In this document: piece by piece, positions 1-10,212 of the stretch
Layout of the letters: the number at the start of each line of letters is the position of its first letter
How positions within the stretch are numbered: the stretch's first letter is position 1
From: Myxococcota bacterium
GTDB taxonomy: Bacteria > Myxococcota_A > SURF-8
Length of the DNA: 64,000 nucleotides
Assembly (NCBI GenBank): GCA_965140415.1
Contig: OZ223209.1
Location: 5,632,001-5,696,000, forward strand
Direction: 5' to 3'
The notes under the pieces: model-generated
What the model was told of the DNA's origin: nothing
Seen by the model: the letters and a program-made list of their open reading frames with translations, nothing else
The model's database searches: none
Program-made: the position numbers and the translations under genes

Positions 1-220
1 TTAAGTCCACAACCGCCGCCCCGGCCACCAGCACCGGATTGGGTTCCGCCAAGCGAGCCTGCTTCCAGCGGTCGAAGGGAGTCGGCGTATCCTGCGGAAT
101 TTCCGATACTTCCGGGATTCGATCCGGCCAGCGGAAATGAGGCGGATCGCAACCGAGCAGGGACAACGAAAACGCCAGAACCAACAGCAATGACCAGCAA
201 AAGAAAGATATTCGTTTCAC
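1..220 (-). CDS. 5' part of a lipoprotein that runs off the window; possibly neutral/alkaline ceramidase-like
   Basis: Not in the ORF track; translated by hand. GTG at 220 preceded by GAGG; MKRISFFCWSLLLVLAFSLSLLGC (lipobox)...PVLVAGAAVVDL, open to the window edge. The LxAGAAxVD segment resembles ceramidase N-termini (weak). Confidence 0.6.
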   Translation of the reverse strand, partial: MKRISFFCWSLLLVLAFSLSLLGCDPPHFRWPDRIPEVSEIPQDTPTPFDRWKQARLAEPNPVLVAGAAVVDL

Positions 221-334
221 GGCTTTACCTCAAATATGGAATTTGCTTGAAGTTTGGAATCCTGTAAAAAGCGAGGTCATCCTAACACCACATCCACCCC
301 CGGTCAAGCAGCGAAAAAGCACCTGTTTCACCGG

Positions 335-919
335 TCAACGCCTGCCATTTTTCATTTTGAATTGCTTGATGGCCAACTCGATCTGCTCCGGGTGATACCC
401 GACAATCACACGCGTACCGATTGTCACGACCGGCACGGCGCGCAAGCCTTTGGTGAGCTGCATCAGGTTGCGCATACCGCGCGGATCTTTTTCCACATCG
501 AAATCGGCATAACCAACCTTCAGCTCTTTCAGCAGTTTCTCGATTTTCTTGCAACGCGGGCACCAACTCGTTTTGTACAGCACGATGCGCGTGGATAGCG
601 TCACATCGGGTACCAGACTTTCTTCCTTTTCCATTTCGTAGTCTTTGATGCTGTTATCGGCCTCGGAATCCAGCACCGTAATATCCGACATGTTCACCCG
701 CTCGGCGGCATCTGCGAATTTTTCCGGAATGAATTCCGTACTGTTGGCGTAGTGGGTAATGCCCTTTTCATCCGCCCAGGTGTAAATGACCCCAGAATTT
801 GAATTTGAATTACCAAGAGAGATCGATCCGGAATTGTCGTCACCGCTGAAGTAGTCGTAGGCCAACCAACCTCCGCCCGCCAATACTGCCAGAATGACTA
901 CGGCTTTCCACAACGGCAT
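335..919 (-). CDS. Membrane-anchored DUF4124-like domain plus glutaredoxin (NrdH/YruB-like) protein
   Basis: N-terminal TM helix; IYTWADEKGITHYAN (DUF4124-like); LYKTSWCPRC CxxC, AVPVV cis-Pro loop and IVGY. Start moved to ATG 919 after a purine-rich SD-like run. Confidence 0.85.
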   Translation of the reverse strand: MPLWKAVVILAVLAGGGWLAYDYFSGDDNSGSISLGNSNSNSGVIYTWADEKGITHYANSTEFIPEKFADAAERVNMSDITVLDSEADNSIKDYEMEKEESLVPDVTLSTRIVLYKTSWCPRCKKIEKLLKELKVGYADFDVEKDPRGMRNLMQLTKGLRAVPVVTIGTRVIVGYHPEQIELAIKQFKMKNGRR

Positions 920-1036
920 CGCATCCTCTCTTTCACATGCAGCTTTCAGGTATGTAACCGCATGATTTATACCATGATTCGATCGGGCTGGCAATGATCG
1001 CTACCGGATGGAAAACGGCATCTACTGTGGTGTCGG

Positions 1037-4000
1037 TCAATTGTCCAGAATTTCACGCACCTTTTTGGCAAGCAGTTGCGGGGTGTAGGGTTTGCCGATG
1101 AAATTGAGTCCCTCGTCGAGCACGCCATGATGCGCGATTACATCCTCCGTGTAACCGGAGGTAAACAACACTTTCAAATCCGGCATGTCTGCCGTTAGCC
1201 GTTCCGACAGCTCGCGCCCGTTCATGTTCGGCATCACGATGTCCGTCAGTAACAGATCGATGCGAACCTGCTCATTCTCTACCATTGCCAGAGCTTCATC
1301 ACCGGAGGAGGCATGGTACACCTTGTATCCCTGTCGCGTTAAGATTCTGATCGCAATATTACGCACCATCGATTCATCTTCGACGATCAACACCGATTCA
1401 TCACCCCTTGGAATTTCGCCAAGTGTATGCGTGCGTGTCAGTTTATCGGCTTTCTGTTCCACTTCCGGGAAATACAGCTTGAATGTCGTGCCGTTGCCGA
1501 TTTCGGAATAGACATCGATCAAACCGTCATGCTGCTTGATGATACCGTATGCGGTGGCAAGTCCCAAACCGGTACCCTTGCCTTCCCTTTTCGTTGTGAA
1601 GAAGGGATCGAAGATCTTCGACTTCGTTTCTTCATCCATGCCTTCACCGTTATCTGAAATGGCCAGCATGATGTAATCGCCCGGATTCAGGCTCGGATAA
1701 CCTTTGCAGTATTCCTCATCCAGCATCACCGACTTCGTTTCCAGTGTCAGTTTGCCACCTTCAGGCATGGCGTCTCTGGCGTTGATAGCCAAATTGACGA
1801 GAACCTGCTCGATCTGTCCCGGATCGGCCTTGATACGGCACGAGTCCTTTTTCTGTATCGTGCGAAGCTGGATATCCTCACCGATCAATCGAACCAGCAT
1901 CTTCTGCATATCGTCGATCAACTCGTTCAAGTCGAGAACCTTGGGATTAATGATCTGTTTGCGGGAGAATGCCAGTAACTGCCTGGTCAATGACGCCGCG
2001 CTGTAGGCGGCTTTACTGATTTCGCCAAGCGTTTCATTTAAGGAATCACTCTCCGACAGATCCATCAACGCCAAAGAAACGTTCCCAGTAATTCCGGTCA
2101 GTAGGTTGTTGAAATCGTGCGCCACACCACCGGCCAGTCGACCGATTGATTCCATTTTCTGCGCCTGTTGCAGTTGGAATTCGATTCGCTGTTTTTCCTG
2201 TTCCGCTTCGATGCGGTCCGTGATATCGCGCGCGGATGCGGAAATTCCAACCTGTTCCCCGTTTTGATCGTGCAGTGGATTCAGGCGTAATTCATAGTGA
2301 TAGGTCTTACCGTCCGGTCTTACAACCGAAGTATTTCGCTTAACCACCCGATCCGTTTCGAAGACTTCCCGCAGAAAACCATCCCATTCATCGCACATCT
2401 CTTTTGGAAAGCCCAAATCGGCATGGGTTTTCCCGATGAATTCCTCTTCTGTAAGGTCGTGCGTTTCGCATAGACTTTTATTGGCGCTTGAAAAGCGCAG
2501 GTTTGTATCATAGCTGTAAATGAAATCGTGACTGGCGTCATTGATGATGCGGTAGCGTTCCTCCGCCCGCTTGCGGTCGGTGATGTCGATACCGGTAGCG
2601 GCAATATAGGCGGGAGCGCCTTGTTCGTCGTCCACGCGGATGCCGTTCATCAGCATTGGAAACTCGGTACCATCTTTGTGAACGTGCCACAACTCCAAGG
2701 TATTGAAACTACCTTCATTGATCATGCTATTTACGGAATCCATAACTGACACCATTTGGGCTTCCGAATGGAAAATACGCAGGTTTTTCCCGAGCAGTTC
2801 TTCAGGAGTATATCCATGCACCTTGGCGAAATACTCGTTGACGTAGAGCAGAATGCCTTGTAAGTCAGCAATTACACTTCCTGTTACCGCTCGATCTGTA
2901 ATGATTCGGAACTTTCGGATTTCCTCTTCCGCCTGTTTGCGCTCCGTTATATCTCTGGAAATTCCCTCGAAATAAATAGGCTGTCCATTGTCATCCAGAA
3001 GCATCGTCACCACGGCTTCACAGGGAATCGTGTGGCCATCTTTGTGTATGTACTCAACTTCGATACGATAAGTAGTTTTCGGTGGATTGGCTGCCAGGCA
3101 TTCTGCAACGGCATTGTCGATATCTTTGATCGACTGGGGTGTAGTGTACCCTTCAATCCCCATATTGAACAATTCTTCCTTTGAATGTCCGGTAACTTCC
3201 GTTGCGGCGGAATTGATGAATAAAATCCGACCATCCGCATCGATGCGCCAGATGATATCCGTAGCGTTTTCCGTCAGGCGGCGATAGCGTTCCTCGCTTT
3301 CAAGCAGGGCCTGATCTCGTTTCTTCCGTTCGGTAATATTTTGAATGGTTCCGAATACCCGAACGGGATTTCCATGTTCGTCCTTTTCCAGTTCTCCAAT
3401 GGCATGAATAATCTGGGAATTTCCATTGTCGATCCGAATCACTTCGTATTCCAAATTGTAAGGCGTACCTTTTTCGATAAGATCTACAAGTGCCTGATGG
3501 ATTCGATCGCGTTCGGGCATACAGTCTTCGACCAAATCCATCGGCAGAAGTTGAATCGTATTACTATCTTTACCAAACGGCATCCCAAAAATGTGATGAG
3601 CCTCTTCTGACCCCCAGATCATATCTTTTGCGATATCATATTCCCAGTTGCCGATTTTGGCTACTTTCTGTGCTAACAACAAGCGTCGAACGTTGATTCG
3701 AAGATCTTCCTCCACCAGTTTTCGTTCTGAAATATCCGTATGCGTACCCACCATTCGGATCGGTTTATTGCTTTCATCCCATTCAACAACCTGACCGCGC
3801 GCCAGAACCCATCTCCAGCCGCCATCTTTCATTTTCATGCGGAATTCAGAGGAAAAGGCCCCTCGTTTTCCCTCGATGTGTTGATCGATTGCTTCCGTTG
3901 CCATTTCAAGATCATCCGGATGAACAAGGCTTCGCCATGTAGCATCGGTAGAAGGCAGTTCATCGGGTTCATAACCCAGCATCCGAAAATATTGTGGGCT

Positions 4001-5950
4001 GAAGTACCCCTCTCTAGTAATCAGATTCATATCCCATACGCCATCATGCGTAGCGTTTAAAGCAAGATTCAAGCGCTCTTCGCTTAAACGAAGCGCTTCC
4101 TGTGTTTTTACTCGTTCGGTTACATCCGTAAACGCAACAGCAAATTGATTTTTCTTGGGCGAATAGGCAGTTATTTCCCAATAGCGGTCCAGAAACTCGG
4201 AATGGTCAATGAAAAAAGTCAGCTCTCCGGTCAAAGCGACTTTTCCATAGATCTCGATCCATTTCTTTTCAAGATTCGGAATGACCTCTAAAACGCGTTT
4301 TCCGATGATGTCCTCTGCTTTTAAATGTGTCAGCTTTTCGTACATCGGGTTGCATTCCAGAAAAACATAATCTACCGGTTTGTAGTTTTCATCCGTGATA
4401 ATCTCGTGCAGGGCCACTGCCTCGTTGATGTTCTCAATCAATGAACGGTGCCGACCCTCACTCTCTTTCAAATCCCGTTCCACTCGCTTGCGGCTCGCAA
4501 TGAATCGGGCTTGCTGGATATTCTGATAAGCTGCACTGGAAAGCTGGTTGGCCAGTGTAAATAACACTTTGGCGACTTTGGTAAAACGCTCGATAGACAT
4601 GGATGGCACATCCTGAAACGCCCGAGCGGCCTCCTCTTCGTCCACTTCGATTTTACGCGCATACGCTCGGATCATTTCCTCGCTTTGCGTTTCGTCGCGA
4701 ACCTGTCCGATCAGCCAACTGGCGATATGTTTACCTCCCACGGTGATCGCCGCACCCGCATCCCAAAGTCCCAGGTTCAAGCAAGGCTGGATGATTGGAC
4801 CGTCAGGATTGAATCGACCGATTTTAGCGTCGGAGCGATAACAGTTCTTTCGACCCTTTTCGGTGCCTCGAATGAGTGAACTGCATAACTTGGTGAAATT
4901 ACTCGTCTCGGTGATCGGTGTGCCATCCGGCATTATGACAAGGGAGGCAACACCTGTGGCGTCGGAAAACTCATTTTGCAGCCGCTGAATATCCTGCAAA
5001 TTGAAAAGATCGTGGAAGGTTACGGATTCACTGTCATCTAGCGGGCGTGTCAAGGCTACGAGGCGTTTTTCAAGCGCCAGCGCTACTTGCTTGCGTTCTG
5101 TAATGTCATCGATGATCCAGACTGCACCTAAACTCAAATCCGGAGGCGCAAAGGCTTTTCCGCTGAACTGACACCAAACGGTGTGACCATCTTTATGCCG
5201 CAGGGGATATTCCCGTTGAACGATTTCCTTCTCAGCCAGTTTCCAATAATGTTTCTCCCCGAATTCAACAAAATTCTCATGGCTCAGGTGAAGCTTTTCC
5301 GGTCCCTCTCCTTCCAATTCGTAGACTTCATATCCCATCATATCGGCCATGCGTTGATTGACTTTGGTGATGATGCGATTGTGCAACACCATGATACCGA
5401 CCATGCTGCTGTCAAAAATGGCCTTCTGTTGCTCCAGGCTCGATTGGAGCGCCGCTTCGGTCTCCACGTATGACGTCATGTCGCGAGCCAAGCCCATAAT
5501 TTGCTTTCCGCTCGGCGTTTCGATCAAGGTAATGGTGATTTCCACCGGGAAAACGGAACCATCTTTTCTGCGATGGCGAGATTGCAAGCGCCTTGGTTGA
5601 CCGCCTCTCAATTCTTCAAAGAATGTTCGCACGATTTCCGGGCTTTGCAATTCTTCATCCAGATCCGCCACATTCTTTGTAAGCAATTCTTCTTTAGTAT
5701 ATCCAGTGCTCAAACATGCTTGCTCATTTGCATGTAACAAGTGTCCGTCCGTCGAAACGATGAAAATGGCATCGCCAGCCTGTTCGAATAACGAATGCAG
5801 GTGGATTGTTTCCGAATCGAGAATCGGATTTTGGAGATTGGCTTCCAATTCTTCGATTCTCTTGCGAGCCTGTTTCAATTCCTCGATCAACTGTTCACGG
5901 GACAGGTTTCGATCTGACACAAGATTCTCCGTTGGTAACGAGGCTATCAA
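1037..5950 (-). CDS. Cytoplasmic hybrid sensor histidine kinase: about 8 PAS domains, PocR, HisKA, HATPase, REC
   Basis: H-box LAGGVAHDFNNLL, N-box NLAINARDAM, G-boxes DNGEGM and GTGLGL; C-terminal receiver (LIVEDE, LLTDIVMP, KP); repeated PAS/PAC ends (DITERK); PocR segment FNLQDIQRLQNEFSDATG...C...C. Confidence 0.93.
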   Translation of the reverse strand: MIASLPTENLVSDRNLSREQLIEELKQARKRIEELEANLQNPILDSETIHLHSLFEQAGDAIFIVSTDGHLLHANEQACLSTGYTKEELLTKNVADLDEELQSPEIVRTFFEELRGGQPRRLQSRHRRKDGSVFPVEITITLIETPSGKQIMGLARDMTSYVETEAALQSSLEQQKAIFDSSMVGIMVLHNRIITKVNQRMADMMGYEVYELEGEGPEKLHLSHENFVEFGEKHYWKLAEKEIVQREYPLRHKDGHTVWCQFSGKAFAPPDLSLGAVWIIDDITERKQVALALEKRLVALTRPLDDSESVTFHDLFNLQDIQRLQNEFSDATGVASLVIMPDGTPITETSNFTKLCSSLIRGTEKGRKNCYRSDAKIGRFNPDGPIIQPCLNLGLWDAGAAITVGGKHIASWLIGQVRDETQSEEMIRAYARKIEVDEEEAARAFQDVPSMSIERFTKVAKVLFTLANQLSSAAYQNIQQARFIASRKRVERDLKESEGRHRSLIENINEAVALHEIITDENYKPVDYVFLECNPMYEKLTHLKAEDIIGKRVLEVIPNLEKKWIEIYGKVALTGELTFFIDHSEFLDRYWEITAYSPKKNQFAVAFTDVTERVKTQEALRLSEERLNLALNATHDGVWDMNLITREGYFSPQYFRMLGYEPDELPSTDATWRSLVHPDDLEMATEAIDQHIEGKRGAFSSEFRMKMKDGGWRWVLARGQVVEWDESNKPIRMVGTHTDISERKLVEEDLRINVRRLLLAQKVAKIGNWEYDIAKDMIWGSEEAHHIFGMPFGKDSNTIQLLPMDLVEDCMPERDRIHQALVDLIEKGTPYNLEYEVIRIDNGNSQIIHAIGELEKDEHGNPVRVFGTIQNITERKKRDQALLESEERYRRLTENATDIIWRIDADGRILFINSAATEVTGHSKEELFNMGIEGYTTPQSIKDIDNAVAECLAANPPKTTYRIEVEYIHKDGHTIPCEAVVTMLLDDNGQPIYFEGISRDITERKQAEEEIRKFRIITDRAVTGSVIADLQGILLYVNEYFAKVHGYTPEELLGKNLRIFHSEAQMVSVMDSVNSMINEGSFNTLELWHVHKDGTEFPMLMNGIRVDDEQGAPAYIAATGIDITDRKRAEERYRIINDASHDFIYSYDTNLRFSSANKSLCETHDLTEEEFIGKTHADLGFPKEMCDEWDGFLREVFETDRVVKRNTSVVRPDGKTYHYELRLNPLHDQNGEQVGISASARDITDRIEAEQEKQRIEFQLQQAQKMESIGRLAGGVAHDFNNLLTGITGNVSLALMDLSESDSLNETLGEISKAAYSAASLTRQLLAFSRKQIINPKVLDLNELIDDMQKMLVRLIGEDIQLRTIQKKDSCRIKADPGQIEQVLVNLAINARDAMPEGGKLTLETKSVMLDEEYCKGYPSLNPGDYIMLAISDNGEGMDEETKSKIFDPFFTTKREGKGTGLGLATAYGIIKQHDGLIDVYSEIGNGTTFKLYFPEVEQKADKLTRTHTLGEIPRGDESVLIVEDESMVRNIAIRILTRQGYKVYHASSGDEALAMVENEQVRIDLLLTDIVMPNMNGRELSERLTADMPDLKVLFTSGYTEDVIAHHGVLDEGLNFIGKPYTPQLLAKKVREILDN

Positions 5951-6215
5951 TACTTCAGCAATATCAGACTTGTGCTTTTACATATCTGGACATAAAAAGT
6001 TGAATTGACAGTAACATTTCGTGATACCGGTCTTTCCACACAAAAATAAATGTCGTTCCCTTCCTTTGAGCAAAGAGCACAAGAACACCGGATTTCTTCC
6101 AATTGTTGCGGTACGAATAGTTTGAGTTTTAGCTTTCTCCGGCCACACACCTGATTTATAACTTTACACTATTGTCAAAAGGATTTGCAACGAACAATAG
6201 TTCCAGAATATTTCA

Positions 6216-6725
6216 TTACTCAGTAATTTCAAATTCCCATTCTACATACTCACCACTGGTCTGCGTGTGTAACTGTAGTGAAACCGCCACAATGAAGGTT
6301 TTCCCAACCAGTTCGGGATCGTTTTTAAGCAGACCTCCCATGTCTGCGTTAAAGGAAGCGCCTTCGGGATAAATGTCTTGCGTCACCCAGATATGCCGAC
6401 TGGAACCCTTGACCCAAACCACCGCCATGTTGACTTCCTCCGGCTTGGGCCAATCCGTTGTCACTTCCAGCACGAAAGGCTCGCCGACCCGGATAGAATC
6501 CGGCGCAGTCAACTCCGTAATCTGAGCTTCTTCCCCGGCATCACCAACCGGCGGTGGCATTTCATCGACGACCTCGGAGCCATCGAACTCCAGGGCGGCA
6601 GTCAACCGTTCTGCAAGTTCTCCCGCAATTTCACCTGCATCGGAATCATCCGCACACGATTGAAAAAACAAGGCGGCTATCAGCAGCAAGTATACGGAAA
6701 ACGATGTCATTCCAAGTTGATGCAT
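6216..6725 (-). CDS. Hypothetical lipoprotein
   Basis: Hydrophobic signal ending FFQSC followed by acidic residues; beta-rich body. Confidence 0.7.
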   Translation of the reverse strand: MHQLGMTSFSVYLLLIAALFFQSCADDSDAGEIAGELAERLTAALEFDGSEVVDEMPPPVGDAGEEAQITELTAPDSIRVGEPFVLEVTTDWPKPEEVNMAVVWVKGSSRHIWVTQDIYPEGASFNADMGGLLKNDPELVGKTFIVAVSLQLHTQTSGEYVEWEFEITE

Positions 6726-7003
6726 GAGACTTGTCTCCTTGTGCCGTAATTGCAGACGATGTCCACATTAATATTAGGTCGTTTGAGTGCTTATTCTGCG
6801 GATTGTACCTAAAATCTGCTCTTTCGGCAAAGAGAACCATCCCTGTTTTTGCAATAAGCTGTGGTGATTTCAATTTTACTTACTTTTGTGGCACTTTTCG
6901 GACTGGCAATTCGAAAAGATTGCGTTCGACTAGCTGGCCGACTACAATACGTATCACGAATAAACCGGCGCGAGTTGCGCCATTCAAAGCAAAGGGAAAA
7001 CCC

Positions 7004-8167
7004 ATGATCCAGGCTCGCACAACCCTGCTTTTTGTTCTCTTTTCGGTTTTAGCGCTTTGTTTCGCCTGTAGCTCCGAAGACGAAGAACCCATTGGCGACG
7101 ACATGTTGGTGGATGATAAAGGTGCAATATTACAAACGGAATCCGGCGTAACGCTTACCATTCCCGCAGGTGCGCTGGAGCAGGCTGTAACCTTTAGCAT
7201 CGTGGAAACCACGCCGCCGGATAGCCTTGAAAGCGCCGGGCGCTTTTTCCGCATCGGTCCTGAAGAAACCGAATTGTTAAAACCGGTTACGGTAGAGCTT
7301 CCGCTGGATCTGGAGAATTTAAGCGCATCCAAGCAATCGAAAATCGCGCTGCACTTTTCCTTCGATTCCGAGAACTTCACCGCCTTGACCGGTGAACTGG
7401 ACCTGCAAAATGAGTTGGTCCGCGCCAGAAGCGAACAGCTCGGAGTGTTCGGTCCTGCGATTTCCAGCAACGATACTCCCGCGCCTGCCGAACTCGAAAC
7501 GGCAGAGGAATTGGATTTCGGTTTATTGAGTGTCGACGAGCAGGCGCAGCAAACCTTGCAGATTTCCAACCAGGGCGAAGCTCCTTTAACGATTTCAAGC
7601 GCCGAGATCACGACGAATTCCACACCGTTTGAATTGCCAATGCCGCCTTCGAACGTGCAGATCGAAGCAGAGGCCGTGTACGATCTGACGGTGACCTTCC
7701 AGGCCGCTCAGAGCGGGGTCTATGAAGCGGAACTGTTGGTGAACTCCGATGATGCCGAAAATCCCGCATGGCCGGTGACTTTGCGCGCAACGGTGTCCGG
7801 CGGCGGCGAAGCGACGGTGAGTCCGGATCGGCTGGATTTCGGTTCGGTGAACATCGGGGAAAATCACACGCTCGATATCGAGTTGCAAAACAGTGCATCA
7901 CAAGGCAGCTTGACGCTCTATGAAGTTGAACTGGAAAGCGGTCCCTTTGCACTGGAGGCGCTTTCCCTGCCGCTGACATTAAATGCCGGAGACAGCGAAA
8001 CACTGACCGTCTCCTTTGCGCCAAGCGTATCGGGTTCGGCTCAAGCGGATTTGCTGTTGAAAGTGGACGACGCCTCCAGGCCGGAAGTGGAAATCGAGCT
8101 ACTCGGCGTTGGTGTCGCGACAGACGGCGACAGTGACGACGCCATCGACGGCGATCTGGACGAATAA
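7004..8167 (+). CDS. Lipoprotein with a ZU5-like domain and two choice-of-anchor D (ASPM-SPD-2-Hydin) Ig domains
   Basis: ATG 7004, signal ending CFAC; GVTLTIPAGAL (ZU5-like); two LDFG...I.N.....LT...L.VTF...A.L repeats; C-terminal DGD motifs. Confidence 0.8.
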   Translation: MIQARTTLLFVLFSVLALCFACSSEDEEPIGDDMLVDDKGAILQTESGVTLTIPAGALEQAVTFSIVETTPPDSLESAGRFFRIGPEETELLKPVTVELPLDLENLSASKQSKIALHFSFDSENFTALTGELDLQNELVRARSEQLGVFGPAISSNDTPAPAELETAEELDFGLLSVDEQAQQTLQISNQGEAPLTISSAEITTNSTPFELPMPPSNVQIEAEAVYDLTVTFQAAQSGVYEAELLVNSDDAENPAWPVTLRATVSGGGEATVSPDRLDFGSVNIGENHTLDIELQNSASQGSLTLYEVELESGPFALEALSLPLTLNAGDSETLTVSFAPSVSGSAQADLLLKVDDASRPEVEIELLGVGVATDGDSDDAIDGDLDE

Positions 8168-8176
8168 GGGAGCACG

Positions 8177-9238
8177 ATGTCTCATAAGGACGAAATCACA
8201 GAAAGCCGAAAAAAGGATCACCTGAAGCCGTTTCGAACGGGTGGCGTCGAGGCGAGAAACGGCTCGAACTGGTTGGAGTACGTGCACCTGATTCACCAGT
8301 CGCTACCCGAATTGGATAGCGCCGAACTGGATCTCAGCACCACCTTTGCCGGACATCGCTTCGAAGCGCCGCTGTTCATCACCGGCATGACCGGCGGTAC
8401 ATCAGAAGCGGCGGCGATCAATCGCGCGCTGGCGAAAACCGCGCAATATTTCGGGATCGGGTTCGGCTTAGGCAGCCAACGCGCCATGCTGCAAAACCCG
8501 GCACTGGCGGAGAGCTACAAGGTGCGCGAAGCCGCGCCAAAAGCCTTCGTTGCCGGAAACCTGGGTGGTGTACAGGCGGCAGCCAGTTCCACCACAGACG
8601 TTCAAAAACTGCTGGACGCCGTACAGGCCGATGCGCTGTGTATCCATCTCAATCCTGCACAGGAAATGCTGCAACCGGAAGGCGACCGCGACTTTCGCGG
8701 CGTGGCGGATGCCATTGCGCGGCTGGTGCAGGAACTGGATGTCCCGGTGATCGTCAAGGAAACGGGTGCGGGGCTCTCGCGCGAAAGCTGCCAGCGCCTG
8801 CAAGATAGCGGCGTGCGTTACGTCGATATCTCCGGCTCGGGCGGCACCTCCTGGGTAGGCGTGGAAGTTCAGCGTCGCCAGGGCGAAAGCGATCCGAATC
8901 TCACCGCCTTTTGGGACTGGGGCGTTCCCACCGCCGCTGCCTTATGCGACGTTTCCGACTCGGGCTTGCAGTTCATCGGCAGCGGTGGCATCCGCACCGG
9001 GTTGGATGTCGCCCGCGTATTGGCGCTTGGCGCGCAAATGGCCGGCGCGGCCAGTCCTTTCATTCAAGCGTATTTCCAGCAGGGAGAAGAAGGAATCCAT
9101 AAAGCCGTGGAATCGATATTGCACGGGCTGCGCACTGCAATGCTGTTAACCGGCAGCCGGAACCTGGACGAACTACGCAGCGCTCCGCGCGTACTCGGCG
9201 GAGAGCTGTTGTCCTGGATTCAACAGCGGGAAGGCTAA
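8177..9238 (+). CDS. fni: Type 2 isopentenyl-diphosphate delta-isomerase (FMN-dependent)
   Basis: RKKDHL, ITGMTGG, GSQR, HLNPAQE, VKETGAG, GGTSW, GGIRTG. Confidence 0.96.
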   Translation: MSHKDEITESRKKDHLKPFRTGGVEARNGSNWLEYVHLIHQSLPELDSAELDLSTTFAGHRFEAPLFITGMTGGTSEAAAINRALAKTAQYFGIGFGLGSQRAMLQNPALAESYKVREAAPKAFVAGNLGGVQAAASSTTDVQKLLDAVQADALCIHLNPAQEMLQPEGDRDFRGVADAIARLVQELDVPVIVKETGAGLSRESCQRLQDSGVRYVDISGSGGTSWVGVEVQRRQGESDPNLTAFWDWGVPTAAALCDVSDSGLQFIGSGGIRTGLDVARVLALGAQMAGAASPFIQAYFQQGEEGIHKAVESILHGLRTAMLLTGSRNLDELRSAPRVLGGELLSWIQQREG

Positions 9239-9242
9239 ACGC

Positions 9243-10190
9243 ATGCACTCGCCCATTTCGGCATATGGAAAAGTGATTCTGCTAGGCGAGCATGCGGTGG
9301 TGTACCAACGGCCCGCGCTGGCGCTCGGATTGGCGGACGGCATCACGGTCAGCGATCTGCAAGCGACTTCCGGCGTGTTGCAGGTGCGCGTTCCCGCATG
9401 GGAACTGGATGAGAACGAGCGCGGCGAGTCCGCCATCGCACAAGCTCTGCGCCGCTTGGATGAACTGGTTCCAGGTTCCGCAAAAGGTTTTTCCATTACG
9501 TTGGAAACCCAACTGCCACTGGGGGCCGGTCTGGGAAGTTCGGCGGCGCTGGCGGTGGTTTTGGCCAAGGCGCTTTGCCGGATACGCAATGTGGCGGCGA
9601 ATTCGGAAAGCATCCACGAACTGGCGCACGAACTGGAAATCGTTTTTCATGGCCGCCCCAGCGGGCTGGACGACACCCTGGCGACCTATGGCGGTCTGTG
9701 CCTGTTTCGCCGCGATGGCTTCAGCAATCGGGACCGGCAGCAATTCTGGCGCTATCGCGCATTGACCGAAAAAGCCTTTTCCCTGCCGTTCCCCTTGCCT
9801 TCTCTGGTAGTCGGTCACAGCGGCGTTCCGCGCGAAACGGCGCGCATGGTGGCCATGGTCAAACAGCGCTATGAAGATGCTCCCGACACCACCAACGTAA
9901 TTTTCGATGACATTGCCGGGTGCGTACAGGCGGGATTGAAGGCGCTGGAAAAGAAAAACCTGCAAGATCTCGGTGCGGCGATGAATCGCAACCAGCAGCA
10001 TCTTGCCGAGCTGGGCCTGTCCTGCCCGGAAATCGACCGCATGATACAACTGGCGCAGGACGCCGGAGCGCCTGGAGTCAAGCTGACCGGCGCAGGCGGC
10101 GGCGGTTGCGTGATTGCATTGGCGGGTGAGCACCGCAGGGAAATCGAACGGGCCTGGCAATCCACCGGATTTCGTACCTGCCAATTCTGA
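9243..10190 (+). CDS. mvk: Mevalonate kinase
   Basis: GKVILLGEHAVVY, PLGAGLGSSAA (GHMP motif), HGRPSGLD, KLTGAGGGG. Confidence 0.94.
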   Translation: MHSPISAYGKVILLGEHAVVYQRPALALGLADGITVSDLQATSGVLQVRVPAWELDENERGESAIAQALRRLDELVPGSAKGFSITLETQLPLGAGLGSSAALAVVLAKALCRIRNVAANSESIHELAHELEIVFHGRPSGLDDTLATYGGLCLFRRDGFSNRDRQQFWRYRALTEKAFSLPFPLPSLVVGHSGVPRETARMVAMVKQRYEDAPDTTNVIFDDIAGCVQAGLKALEKKNLQDLGAAMNRNQQHLAELGLSCPEIDRMIQLAQDAGAPGVKLTGAGGGGCVIALAGEHRREIERAWQSTGFRTCQF

Positions 10191-10212
10191 CGAAGTGAGG
10201 AGTCGCTAGACG

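Noticed and set aside
6731-7003. ORF-track N-terminal extensions (also 10974, 34947, 47815, 50990, 52346, 57945)
   Set aside because: Downstream ATGs with an SD, a signal peptide or a family-typical N-terminus fit better.
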